Source of the DNA: Camelus dromedarius
Taxonomy: Eukaryota
Length of the DNA stretch: 64,000 nt
NCBI RefSeq assembly: GCF_036321535.1
Contig: NC_087437.1
Location: 52,206,001-52,270,000, forward strand
Reading direction: 5' to 3'
This document shows, piece by piece, positions 36,745 through 49,620 of the stretch. Both the position numbers and the translations under genes were made by a program. The notes beneath the pieces were generated by a model. It was not told the DNA's origin. It worked only from the letters and a program-made list of their open reading frames with translations, and ran no database searches. Numbering within the stretch: the stretch's first letter is position 1; each line of letters opens with the position of its first letter.

Positions 36745-37347
36745 AGCCCAATCTATATCTTGGGCTCTGACCACTCCGATTAGCAACTTCTTCCCTGTTG
36801 AGTGGGGAGCTAGGAAGAAGGTGATCTGAGATAAGTGTGGCTAGGAAGAGGACCTACAATTTTATTTCTCAAACAACCACCACCCTTTCCCTACAGATAT
36901 TAACTTAGAGACTACTTTCCATTCTCTTTGCCACTTCCTTACCTTGGCCCATAAGAAAAATTCAAATCAACTGTCTGGTTCTGACTTCTAAATAGGACTA
37001 GGTTGACGGGTAAGAGGGCAGAAATGTGGATACTGAGGGAGGATCCTGGCCCCATCAACCCCCTTCCAAACAAAACAAAATGAAGCCTAACACTTGATTG
37101 AACTGACCTGAGAAATCCACATGAAAGCTGATTCCGAATGTCAAATTCAAATACAGTAGTTGTTGTATCTTTAGTCGTGTATACCTTAGTGGAAATTCAG
37201 CTGGGTTTGAACCAGGGTAAGAGAGGGATAGAGATGGAGCTGAGAAGCTGGCAAGGATAAAGTAGAGAAGGAAGGAAAAGCAGAAAGAGTAGAAGCTATA
37301 ATTACCTGGCACTTTGCTGTGTTACCCTTGACCAAGCTCTAATTTTT

Positions 37348-37535
37348 TTCTCCTCTTTTTTTTAAATTGAAGTATAGTTGATTTACAATGTTGTGTTAGT
37401 TTCTAGTGTACAATATAGTGGTTCAGTTATACATATATATATTCTTTTTCAGATTCTTTTCCATTATAGGTTATTACAAGCCATTGAATATAGTTCCCTG
37501 TACTATACAGTATGACCTTGTTTGTCTGTTTTGTA
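37348..37535 (-). mobile_element. Short artiodactyl-type L1 3' end
   Basis: TTTAAATTGAAGTATAGTTGATTTACAATGTTGTGTTAGTTTC...TTGAATATAGTTCCCTG. Diverged TSD caagctctaattttt (37333-37347) / caagctccagttctt (37536-37550). Confidence 0.8.
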
Positions 37536-37769
37536 CAAGCTCCAGTTCTTGAAAGCAGTTGACATGGTTTTCCAGATGTAAACCCACACTTTCGGCTTGG
37601 GAATCACAGATCCTCCCCCACCCCTCACCCAGACACCAACCCTGGAGGCCAGGCTTCTTGTCCACCCTACCCCTCACCAGAAATGCCTCTTCTCTATGAG
37701 GACTCCTACAGATGGAACTAGATAATTCAAAGTTTCTAATTAAAAATAATAGCACTGACAACTAACACA

Positions 37770-38020
37770 CTAACATTTATTAACAACTTACTATGTGCCA
37801 CAAGCAATGTTAAGTGCTCACACTATCTGGTATAATCTTTACAAAAATCATCTACAGGATGGATCCTAATAACCACGCCTTCTTTACAGATGAGAAAGCT
37901 GGAGGCACGGAGTGGTTCAGTAACTTATTCAAGGCAGCACAGCTGATAAGGCCCAAAACTGAGATTTGAAACCAGGCAGCCTCACTCTGGAGCCCGTGCT
38001 CTTAGCCACTGCATTATTAT
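37770..38020 (-). mobile_element. MIR
   Basis: TTTACAGATGAGAAAGCTGGAGGCACGGAGTGGTTCAGTAACTT...GAGATTTGAAACCAGGCAG. Confidence 0.8.
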
Positions 38021-38049
38021 ATAGGGAAACCTCATACAAACCAGTTATT

Positions 38050-40590
38050 GGGGGAAAGATCATTCTGAGTACCTTTATTAATACGTAAATTAAAAGATAA
38101 ACGTAATGAACTAAAACTCTACCTAAAATATTTGGTGAGAGGAAAAAGTAGCAAGTCAAGAGTAGAAAAAAATGATACAAGAACATACATAAGTAAAGGG
38201 AAAAAACCAAGCTAGTATATTAAAAAAAAAAAAGTAAAAAGCATTTTTAAATAAATGAGCATTGTCTCAATGAAAACAAGAAAAAAATACAAACCAGCAA
38301 GACTAGAAATAATGACATAATGCATAACCAAATGGGTACTTGCTTACAAAAATATGAAGTGCCATGACAGTTCAAATAACTGAAAAAGGAATACAAGCAG
38401 TTACTCCACAAAGATGCCTAGTCCTGATGGGTGTGTGACAATTTCCCAAGCTTTCAAGGAACAAAATACAATCCCTATGTTACATAAACTTTAAGTGGAT
38501 GTGTTTGTGTCTGTATTGTATCTTACCTAACTTATTTTATGAAGTGAGTATGATTGATTTCAAAATCTGAATAGGAATATGAAATCAAATTATAGACCAA
38601 TCTCATTAATGAACATAAATATTAAGATTTTGCGTTAGCACAAGAAAATACTTTACATGTGTCAGTCACTATGCTTAATCTAGAAACACAAATCTGGTAC
38701 GAAGAAGTAAAAATAATATAGAACATCATATTAACAGGAAAATGGAAATAAATGTATGTATCCAAAGATACATGTTTTAATGTTTGGGGGTATAATTCTC
38801 ATCTCTTCCTGATAGAAACTCTTAAAATCAGGTGTTGGTAATTTAGGGCTGCTTTTTATCATGTGGAATTTAGTTCAGTAATTTATCAGAAAGGCAGATT
38901 CCTATTCTGAATTGTTTAAACTCATCTCTCTTATATGAGAATATAACCTTGACTCCTGGGGAGGGAATGTGGAAGAAGGGGGCTGGTAACAAGAAAAATA
39001 TCAGCATCTCAGGGCAGGGACCCTCATAACTACTGACTGTGGCACTAGGGATCTAAGGTCCAAGGAGAGACGAATTAAAGAGACTCGTGTGTGTGAAACT
39101 CTTGAGCGATGCCCAGGAAAAAAAGTAGGAACAATCATTTCTAGATGTCCTGATGATGTACTTTTTTTTTTTTTTTGGCTTATTTTGATTTGAGCTGCTT
39201 CCAAATTATTTTTATCCTCAGCCCTTCTAAACAGGAAACGAAGACAACATTAGCTTTGTGGAATTTCCAGTCTAAACACAATGGAGTGCGTATTGAAAAC
39301 AGAGTTGCTTTTATTCTTAAAGAAGAAACTCACATTGGTTTCTCAAATCAGGATCTATTGTTCCAGAAATGTTGTCAATAACTATTCAAGAAGAGAGAAA
39401 ATATTGTATATAAATATTAGTAAGGAAGAAACAGAAGTATCTATTTTACAGATGGCATGATTACAGACCTTAATTTCTAAGGAAATTAAGAATTTAATTC
39501 CTGGAGGTAATGAGCTTAGTTGCAGGACTGACTCTAAAACATTTGTATGTACGTATGTAGATACAATATATATGCTATATTGTATTTATGCTTATTGTGT
39601 TATATATCAGTATATGTATTGATATGTAACAAGGAAATACAATAAAAAAGAATTCTATTGTGGCTACTGCAACAAAAAACATATTAAATACAAGAGAATT
39701 GATCGAACTTGTGGCAAGACTGATTCAGAGAAATCATAGAGAGAGCTGTTAATAAACTGAATGCTGTACTTGCTCCTGATTAGGAAAGTAAATATAATAG
39801 TATTTCCAAGGTTAATATGTAGATTTATCAATTAAAGCCTCAGCAGGTTGAAGTCCCTAATAAATGAAGAGAGCAATTCCTCTGGTATAATAACAAGAAT
39901 GCCAACGAATTTTTTTTAAAAAGGAATGATTACTGACCCACCCTACTGTATATTTTACTTTACTAAATTTTAAAACATATTATAAAGTGGTAATTACAAA
40001 AGCAATGGAGAACTAAGTTAAAAACATAATACGATTGTTGAACCAGAAAAAGTAGAAATGTAACAGATTAATTCAAACTCTAAGAGTTTAAGGTGTAACA
40101 AATCAGAACTAGGACAGTGACAAAAGGAATCACTGATAAATACTACTGAGAGAATTAGATATTGGTATAAAAAACTATTTACTTACACATATAGTAATTA
40201 AGAACAAAACTGGAATCAGATCATCTTTGGTGAGTTTCTTAAAATTCCTAGGTCTCGTCCTTCTTGGTAAGAAGGGACTCATAATACCTATCTTGAGGGT
40301 ACTTTTGAGGAGTAACTTAGATAATGCATGTAAAGCAATTTAGCGTAGTGCCAGAGTATAGTAAACAGTGTCACCATGAGTCAGAGCATTAAATATAAAC
40401 TGGAACAAACAAACTGGTTAAATGACCTAGAAATACAAACAGAAAAACATGTTTATCCCAGTGATGGAGAAGAAACACATTTCTGACCATGGAACTATGA
40501 AAGACATTATTAAAGACAAAAATGGATGTATGAAAACTTAAAAAACAAAACTTTCAAACAAAATGTATTATTGAGAATAACACATATTAT
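38050..40590 (+). mobile_element. Very old, fragmented L1 (L1M/ME) ORF2 remnants with an embedded MIR (about 40200-40370)
   Basis: CCTAGTCCTGATGGG...CCAAGCTTTCAAGGAACAAA resembles PGPDGFT..FYQTFKE; TATAGACCAATCTCATTAATGAACATA encodes YRPISLMNI. Confidence 0.6.
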
Positions 40591-41092
40591 TGAACTCCTA
40601 AGTGAAGTAGCTTTGGAAAGAGTATTGCCAGGCCAGAGATGGGGCGGACTGAATTTCAGGATGGCCTGAAGTCTCAGTCTGTGTTTGTCAAAAAGCCCTA
40701 CCAGGATGTGCCCAGGGCCTTCCACATGAGCTCAAAAGAACTCAAACTCAACAAAGGTGGTCTCCTTCCCCGTTCTATCACCCAATTTGGCTAGGTTTGT
40801 CCAGAGCCCTGTAGTCCCTCCTCCTCCGGCTTGGGGTCCAGAGGAGCCTCATGTGAGCTAGATGGGTTTGGTCACGCTGGCACTGAGCCATTTCCCTCTC
40901 CTCACAGGGGCTGCTCACCTGGCACAGTTCCGGCCCCTGCCCCTGCCGGCCACCTTCAGGCTGCCCAGTGGTCCAGTGTCTGTATTACCCTCTCACCCCA
41001 CCTGATTCTCATTGTCTCACCTTTTTTTTTCCACTCTAATAATCCCAAATTACATGTCATTCCCACACCCCCACCCCAACCAATATACCTTC

Positions 41093-41496
41093 TGTATTAG
41101 TCAGGGTTTTCCAGAGAAACAGAACCAATATATTTTAAAAAGATTTTTTTAACAAAGAATTAGCTCACACGATTAGAGAGGCTGAGAAGCCTAGATCCAG
41201 AAGAACCCACAGCATAGTTCTTCCAAGTTCAAATCTGAAGGTAGAGGAAGACCCATATCCCAGCTCCAAGACCGTAAGGTAAAGGAAGAGGATTTTTTTT
41301 ATCCTTTTATTCTATTCAGGTCTTCAGTGGATTGGATGAGGCCCACAACTTAGAACAGGATCTGGTTTACTCAGCCTACCAATTTAATGCTAATCCCATC
41401 CAGAAACACCTTATAGACACACCCAGAAGTAATATTTAATCAAATTTCTGAGTACCCTATGGCCAATCAAGTTCATATATGAAATTCACCATCACA
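41093..41496 (-). mobile_element. MLT2-type ERVL solo LTR
   Basis: TGTATTAGTCAGGGTTTTCCAGAGAAACAGAACCAATA...AAATTCACCATCACA. 5-bp TSD CCTTC / CCCTC. Confidence 0.85.
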
Positions 41497-41854
41497 CCCT
41501 CGAAATGTAGTTCATACCTGTAAGCCTTTGTGCAGCGACTGTTCCCTTTGTCTGGACATCTCTCCCCGTTTGTCTTCTTCATCTTTATCCTTTATGACTC
41601 AGGTAACTCCTCCAGGAAGTCTTCCTTGACATTTCCTAGCTCTACCAAAAGCCTCTCTTCCAAGCATCATATTGGCTTGTATGCTTCTCCCTCAGTAGAC
41701 TGCAAATTCCTTGTGGCCCAGAGATAGTCAAATCTCATAGATGTCTTGGTTCCTAGTGCAGTGCCTGGCCCACCGCAGTCCTGAGAAATGTCTGCTACTG
41801 TCTACCCACTGCTGAGCACTAGGTTAGACACCATTGTCTGTCGTACTAATTTAG

Positions 41855-42036
41855 ACGGTGGCTCTCAGCCCTGACTGTACACTGGAATCTCCTGGGGAAC
41901 TTGTGAAAATGCCAGTATCCAGGCCCCACTTAAGGCCAAATAAATGGGAATCTCCGAGAATGAGCCCAAGTATCAGGATTTTTTCAAAGCTCACCAGATT
42001 CATTTGCCTGTGCAACCAGGGTTGGGAACCGCCAGT
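41855..42036. mobile_element. MER5A-like hAT-Charlie MITE
   Basis: CGGTGGCTCTCAGCCCTGACTGTACACTGGAATCTCCTGGGGAACTT...TGCAACCAGGGTTGGGAACCGC, with inverted ends. Confidence 0.8.
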
Positions 42037-43369
42037 TTGGGACACTATTCAGAACCCAACTAAGTGATGATCTTAATTCTATGTCTGACTAGGCAGATGG
42101 GGAGGCAAACTCCTGCTGATTTGGTTGCTATGCAGAGATTCAGGGAGTCAGGAAGCATCTCTGTTCCCTCTCAGTGCTTGCCCACCTTCCCCTACCCACT
42201 CCCCACCCCCTCCACAACCCCACCCCCATCCCCATGAGGCTGAATACTTAGCGTTCTCACTTTCACATCTTGGAGGGTAGCTATTTAAGCCCTTTCTCTA
42301 GGAACTGCCTCAGCAATTCACATGCTCCCCCAACCTACATCACTTGTTTGCCTTTACTCCTAATCAGAGGGGTTGGTGCTTCAGTAGGCATTACAGCACC
42401 TTGTTGCACAGGTGTTCCCTTTAGAGTCAAAGGGTCACGTGATAGTAATGAGGCAGATTCACTGTGAGCTCGAAATATGTAGGATCTTAGGGAACCTCTT
42501 TAAGAAAAAGAATACAAAATTACAATTCACAAAATTGCTAGGGCTTTCCCAAAGTGTTGGAAAGAGTAGGTGTAAGTGCTCCAGTAGCTTCAGAGGAGAT
42601 CTGGTCCTCAGAATTGTAATTACCTTTTATTGTGCCAATATGTACCAGAGACTTTTCATATGTAGCTCTCCTTATAACAGACAAGCCAGGTTATGTCAGT
42701 CTCGTTTTACAAATGAGGAAACTCTGGTTCAGAAATGTTTGTTACACATCCCCGGTCACATACGTGGCACTAGAATTCAATCCAGTTCTGGCTGGTTCTG
42801 AAAACCAGACTCTTACCACTGTACCAGCAGATCTCAACATCTACAAAAGCTGGGTACCTCCAGGGGCCTGGGGTTATGCTACAAGCAGGCAAATCCATAC
42901 ATACATCAAGTATCTCATGTAGACTGAAAAATGAATGTGACTTGTGCATATGTGGAGTGTTTTGTACATGAGGTAGATGCTGTTGTAGTGAATAAAATCC
43001 AATCACTTAAAAGCTCAAGTGCTACTTAATAGCTTTAATCATTGTATCTTCCCTCAATCAACAGATATAAAAGGTACAACTCTTATATGAGCACTTGCAT
43101 AACTTTTTTTTATTTTAAAAGGGACCTGGTGCTGTGGTCCAGCTCATGTTCCCCTGTGGTGGTCAGCCTCTTTCCACAGGGCTCCAACTTCTCAAAGAGT
43201 GGTCTCTAAAATGAGGGATTATAAAACAATCCATTGGAGTAAAGGAAGAATATAGCAGAAATTCTATTTATTTTTATCCTTATCTTTAAAGATGTCCATG
43301 TATGTCTATGTCTCATAAGCAACATGTTACCACAGTGACATATATTTGTGATTATAAATAAGGACATAT

Positions 43370-43590
43370 TGCATGGAATACTAGCTAAGAGCATAGACTC
43401 TAAGTCAAGACTGCCTGAGATAAAATCCTAGGTTTGCCTCTGTGTGTCGTTGAGTAAGGATCGTTTTTGTGCTTCAGTTTCCTCATCTGTAAAATGGAGA
43501 TAATAATACCTACCACGTAGGGTTGTTGTATTAAATGCATGCAGAGTATTTAGAACAGGGCCCTGCAATAGTAAGGACGCTGTAAATTTT
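43370..43590 (+). mobile_element. MIR
   Basis: GTGCTTCAGTTTCCTCATCTGTAAAATGGAGATAATAATACCTACC. Confidence 0.85.
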
Positions 43591-44565
43591 TTCTAAGACA
43601 ATGGTTATTCTCATGCATATATTAAGCCATACTGAGGGCGCATTCTCTCACTTCACTCTCTTGCCCCGTCCTTACTCTTTTAACCAAAAAAAAAAGGCGT
43701 GATCTTATTAGTCTGGCAATTACTGCTCTAATTATGCTACTAAGTCTTTTGGAGGCAAAGAAAAGGATTTCTCTGAAGCATCAGATTAAGATCCCTCCCA
43801 AACTACCTCCTCCAGGTGAAGCCAGCCTCCAGCCTGGGATCTGCCAAATTGCCTAACTTACCAAGAGTTAAAAGAGGGCGCTAATATGCTGGGATATTTC
43901 TCTTTGTGTTGTCCTCTGGCCCAGCCCTGCCCAGGAGTGAGAGACAGACTGCTACACAGAGGCTTCCCTCTGATGACCGGGAGATGGAGAGACCAAGAAA
44001 CAAGGCTCCACTCACAGCGGCTTCCCACTGCCTCCGGGGAAGAAGAAAGGGTCTGTGTGCTGGGCCGCTCCCCTGCCAGCAGCCGGGGAGAACAGCTGCT
44101 AATCCCCTGCCCTGACCTCCCGCTTCCCCCATCTCCAGGCAGAGGCACTGGGGACTGGGAACATCAGCTGCAGAGAAAAGAAAGAAGTGTATTGAGTTGT
44201 GCTCCTGTTGCCTGCTTTCCTTTCCTCTTTTGCTCTTGCCAGTGACAATCTCATAGTCTGTATCCTCCCGTAGCCTCAACGACGCTCCACGTCAGCTCAG
44301 CTCGGCTCCACTGGACTGACTCCCTAGATGTTGCCATCCCAGATTCCCTTTTTCTTAAAGGGAAGTCCCAGAAGACCTTTGTGAAGTTCCAACCCCCCAC
44401 TCCAGACTCCTCTCCTTTCTCCTCCCATCTGCCTCTCCTGTGCTCATATAGATTTATAACTTATGCAAGTAAATGTAGATGATTAGGCAAATGATTATGT
44501 AAATGATGCCTTCCCTTTTCTCATACCAATTCTGGAAACACTAGGAGAAAGTAACAATAATGATT

Positions 44566-45160
44566 AAATCCTGCCATTTGCTGTGAAAATGAATACATGT
44601 ATATTCATGTATGACTGAAAAATTGTGCTCTACACTGGAAATTGACACAACATTGTATACTGACTATAACTCAATTTAAAAAAAATCCTGCCATTTGCAG
44701 CAACACGGATAAAACTTGAGGGCATTATGCTAAGTGAAATAAGTCAGACACAAAGACGAATACTGTATGATCTCACTTATATGTGGAGTCTAAAAAAAAT
44801 CAAACTCACAGAAACTGTAGATTGGTGGTCACCGGGGCTGGGGGTAGGGAGGACAATGAATGAAGGTGGTCAAAGGGTATAAACTTACAGTTATAGGATT
44901 AATACATTTTGAGCGACTAATGTACAGCATGGTAACTAAAGTTAACAATGCTATATTGTATTGCCAAGAAAGTATCTCTTAAATGTTCTCAACACACACG
45001 CACACACATACACACACAAGTAACTATGTGAGGAGATGGATGTGTCAAGTAACCTCACGGTAGTCACCTTCCAATAAATATGTGTATCAAATCATCACCA
45101 TTGTACACATTAAACTAACACAATGTTATATGTCAATTATATCACAATAAAGCCGGGAAA
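44566..45160 (+). mobile_element. L1MA9-like 3' end with a nested young 101-bp L1 tail (44582-44682)
   Basis: Perfect 16-bp TSD AAATCCTGCCATTTGC at 44566-44581 and 44683-44698. The insert resembles the 3' tip of the L1 at 8674-9451. (CA)n at about 44992-45018. Confidence 0.85.
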
Positions 45161-45444
45161 ACAACAATAATTAAAAGACAAAAAATAGAATCAGTGCGTA
45201 AAAGGTAAAGAAGCTGGAATTTAATCTATAAAAGAAAATGCAACAGCTATTTCACAGTAAGATTCCATTTCCACAGAGGATAAAATAAAAGGTATCTGAC
45301 CCCCAAATTCCAATTAAAGCCTCAAATCTGTAGTAAATTATAGAATCTGACTACCTATATCCACGTGTTTTCCCACTGAAATTAATGGCTCTTAGGAAAT
45401 GGTCAAGGGGACTAATGATTATATTTTACCAGTAGCTCGTGATA

Positions 45445-45588
45445 TTTTTTGTGGGGTGAGGTAATTAGGTTTATTTACTTATTTATTAATTATTATTATT
45501 TTTTATCTGATGGAGGTACTGGGGGTTGAACCCAGGACCTTGTACACGCTAGGCACGGGTTCTACGACTGAGTTATATGCCCCACCCC
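45445..45588 (-). mobile_element. Second Vic-1-like SINE
   Basis: Reverse complement reads ...CCTAGCGTGTACAAGGTCCTGGGTTCAACCCCCAGTACCTCC...AAACCTAATTACCTC, homologous to 234-382. Confidence 0.85.
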
Positions 45589-46168
45589 AGCTCATACTAT
45601 TATATTGTTACACAGTGTATATATACAGTGTAAAAAACTCTCAATTTTCTGTCTAATAGACAAAGTCTCTTCATAGAAAGAGCCATAAATCCAACTGTTC
45701 AATTATTGTTTTTAAAGCTCTTCCCATATTTTAAAGAATCAATTAAAGCTGGTTTTCATGAGCCATATAAGAACAGGCAACTGGGTTTTTTAATTGAAAT
45801 GGTACTATACTATTCACTTCTGTAGCTTGAAGAAAATCTATGAGAAAATTACGTGCATCTTATGTAATTTTTTAAGTTTGAGAAAGGTTATTGAAAACCA
45901 AGTACATTATGATTGCTGGAAATCTAATAATTTCAAATGCTGTTACAGCTGAAAATCTATCTCCTATTTCCACCCACTCAGCTTGCTTGTTATTTATGAA
46001 ATTGACCTATATTACATCAACACACAAGGCCTATGGGCCCACAGACCATTTTGTCTAAAGTTTTAAAAACAAATTTTATTAGAGAACCATCCTTAAACAT
46101 ATGAATTATATTCTATTGCTTAGTTAAAAGTGGATCTCTAAATTGGAATTGTAATGATAACTCCTTAG

Positions 46169-46186
46169 CAGCACCATCTAGTGGGG
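46169..46186 (-). promoter_or_regulatory. Candidate CTCF site
   Basis: Minus strand reads CCCCACTAGATGGTGCTG, close to the CTCF core CCACYAGRKGGCRS, in non-repeat AT-rich DNA. Confidence 0.6.
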
Positions 46187-46792
46187 AGTACAGCCAAAAA
46201 CCTACTCTCAATATACCCGGTTCATGGAATGATTTATTTAAATTTTACTTCATAAGGTTTGTCCCATTTTCTGACCTAGAATCTAAATTATGAGATATTT
46301 CTTAGGACCAGCAGAATAGCTAAAAACACAGTGGTACGACAAAACAGATTCTCTGCAACAGTTCAGATTTCAACTTTTCATACTTTCTAATAATAAATAA
46401 ACTTGAATTTTATGTTTTTTTACATAATATTATTGTCTTAAATACAGAGAATTTTTAAGTTGTACAACAAAGTGTAATTGGATTAGTTCTTTGTAGATTT
46501 TTTTTAATGTAAATCACAAATTAGGGAAATTTTTATTGGATCATGTGTTCTGTAGTTGGGGGTTGGTAGGCAAGGCAAAATTTAGGGTTACCAATGGAAA
46601 TTTAGTTTTTACACCATGTTACATTAAGCTGTGCTACATAGTTTTAAACAGACACTAGATAAGCAATCATTCTACAGCTTTCTTTAGTGTTGCTAAGATC
46701 TCCTGGGCTGATCTCCAGCATGCAGAACAGGAGGTATGATATTTTAGAGTGGCTCATCTCAGACAAGGGATAAGTTAAGATTTCAGTAAATA

Positions 46793-47685
46793 CAGTTGGC
46801 CTTTGAACAACACACATTTGAACTGTGTAGGTCCACTTACATGCAGGGTTTTTTTTTCAATAAATATACTGGAAAATTTTTTGGAGATTTGCAACAATTT
46901 GAAACAATTCACCAATGAGCCACATAGCCTAGAAATATTGAAAAATTTAAGAAAAAGGTATACCACAAATGCATAAAATATACATAGATACTAGTTTACC
47001 CTAAAAGGGGCATAAGGTGAGTGATATTTAATAAAAAATCAATAATATATGTTTTATTACTGTTTTATAACTTTGTTTTCAAAGAATTACATGACTAATG
47101 TCTCTCTCATAACTGGATAAACTGCATATCACCCTATGATGATAGGTAAGTGTTTTTTTTAAATGTAACAATGTTTCCAACACTGTATTATGAATAGACT
47201 GTATATAATACTCTGTGCCATAAAATTTTTATAGTGATTTATTTATTAGTGAATAGGCTAGGCTACCATGAAGCAATGGTATGGATTACACTAGGCTACC
47301 ATAAAGGAATCAGACTGCTGTTTCTTTGTTATCAATGCATGAATTGCTATACCTGTAAATAAATACAAATTTCTTTTTCACATTATCTTTTCATTTTTGA
47401 TATCTAGCATTAGTAACAAGGATAACATCTACCATGTTCTGTATCATATAAGACAATATTGAAGGGGGTAATGACAGATGATTCATTTTGTAAACAGACA
47501 ACATAAACTTATGCTACGATAAATACAGCACAGTACTGTAAATGTATTTTCTCCTCCTTATGATTGTCTTAATGCCATTTTTTCCCTAGCTCACTTTACC
47601 ATAAGAATACAGCATACAATACATATAATACACAAAATATGTGTTAATTGACTGTTTATGTTATAGGTAAGGCTTCATGTCAACA
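46793..47685 (+). mobile_element. Tigger2-derived DNA transposon, internally deleted, right end truncated
   Basis: TA + CAGTTGGCCTTTGAACAACAC...GGTCCACTTAC left end. AATATGTGTTAATTGACTGTTTATGTTATAGGTAAGGCTTC near the right end. Confidence 0.8.
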
Positions 47686-47699
47686 TGGGCTTCCTCCTA

Positions 47700-49620
47700 C
47701 GTACTGGGTGCTGGTTGAGGTTTCAGACACAACAACACACAAAACGCCCAAAGTGCCTGCTTTTAGAGCTTACATTTGAGGAGGAAGCATAGAAAATAAG
47801 CAAATAGACAAACAATTACATAATATTCAGACAGTAATTGTGCTGCAGAGAAAATGCAGTGTCAAGGAGATAGGAGTAACAAGGAAGGGGAAGGTTGCTA
47901 TTGTATGTGAAGTAGTCAGAAGGACCTTCTAACAAGGTGACATTGAAACAGAAGCTTAAAAAGGGAGAAAGCAAGCTATGCTGATAGCTGAGGGCCATGA
48001 GTTTCGGGTAGAAGGATGAGAAGTTCAAAGGCCCTGGGGCAGGAGCTTGCTTGGCTGGTTCAGAGAGCACCAAGGAGGTTGGCTGGGGGGAATGATCCAA
48101 GCAGAGAAATAGGAGATGAAGTCAGAGAGGTAGGGCTAGGTCCTGTAGGGCCTTGTGGCATTGTAAAGAATCTCATTTTTATTCTAAATGAGATGGGAAG
48201 GCACTGGAGGATTTATATGGAAGAATTGGTCTGGCTGCTGAGTCAATAAGGCCATAATAAAACAAGGAGGGAAGCCAGGAGTCCCACTAGGATGCTATTT
48301 ACTTAAGAGAAAGCTAACTTAGACCCAGGTGACAGCAGAAGAGGCAGTGATGAGTAGTTGAGACGAGGACTCTGGGTATATTTGCAGGTAGAGCCAAGAT
48401 TTGCTGATGGATTAGACATGGAGAGTGAGAAAGAGACAAAGATGATGCTGAGGTTAATGTCCTGAGCAACCGACAGGATGAAGCTGCTGTTTACTGAGAA
48501 CAGGGCAAGCTGCAGGAGAAGCTGGTAGATATCAAGCACTCAACATTGAACATGTTAAGTTTTAGCTATCCATTAGACATCCAAATGTAAATATCAAGTA
48601 GACAGTCAAACAGGGGAGATCCAGGCTGAAGGTGTGAATTTAGGCATTTTCAATGTGTAGATATTTAAAGCCATGAAACTAAATGAGATCACCAAGAGAG
48701 TGGGTGAACAGAGACAAAAGAAGAGGTTTAAAGACTGGGCCCTGGGGCCTTCCAACATTTACAAACGAGGGAGATAAAGAAACAGCAGTAGTGACTAAGA
48801 AGGAAGCAAGTGAGGTGGAAGAAATCAAGAGAGGTGGTATCCTGCAATCAAGGGAAGCAAGCTTTTCTAAGGCAGAGGGAATGACCAATGAGTCAAGTAG
48901 CATGAGAACCTGGAACTTACAAACAGATTCGGCAATGAAAGAGTCATTGGTGACCTTTACTAAGGCATTATTGGTGGGGTGGTGGGAATACAAGTCTGAC
49001 TGAAATGGGTTCAAGAGAAGAGGAGAGGAAAGCAATGGGAGACAAGGAGAATCATCAGTATAGTTGTTTGCTATGAAGGAAAGAAGAGAAACGTGCTGGT
49101 AGCTGGAAGGAGAGATAGGATCAAGAGTTTTTAAGCTAGGAGAAAAAATTTTTAACAAGATTTTTTTTTTAAGATGGAAGACATTACAGCTTGTGTATAT
49201 GCTGATTGGAAAGAAGGCATAGAACGAGGGGCATTGATGAAGCAGAAGGAAGAGAAGAGGACTGGTGGGGTGGTGCGTTTGAGTAGGTGAAAGGGGGTGG
49301 TCCGAGTAGGGTGGAGGAGCCACGGTTTGATAGGCGAGCAGACAGTTCGTTCACAGAAATAGGAGGGACGGAAGGACATATGCATACAGATGCAGGGGTG
49401 AGGGTGGGTAGATGTGTTAGTGGGTACTCATGGCGATGCCTTCTATTGCTTCTGTTTTTTCTGTGAATGAAGCAAGGACATCAGCTGAGGAAGCCAAGAA
49501 ATTTGGAAAAAGAAGGGGTATGAAATAGTCATCTAGAGGAGTGAGGAAGTGAATGGCTGGGGTAAGTGTAATAGGACAGCCTCCTTGAGGTTAGTGGGCA
49601 TTGATTTTTTAGTGACCACC
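47700..49620 (-). mobile_element. L2 LINE, about 1.9 kb including the RT region
   Basis: ORF 48679-49323 contains LDPISPSSYQHVSLLSF, LLNPFQSD..HHPTNNALVKVTND, VLMLLD and GRPQGPVFKPLLLSLFTHSLGDLI, which are degenerate L2 RT motifs. Confidence 0.85.
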
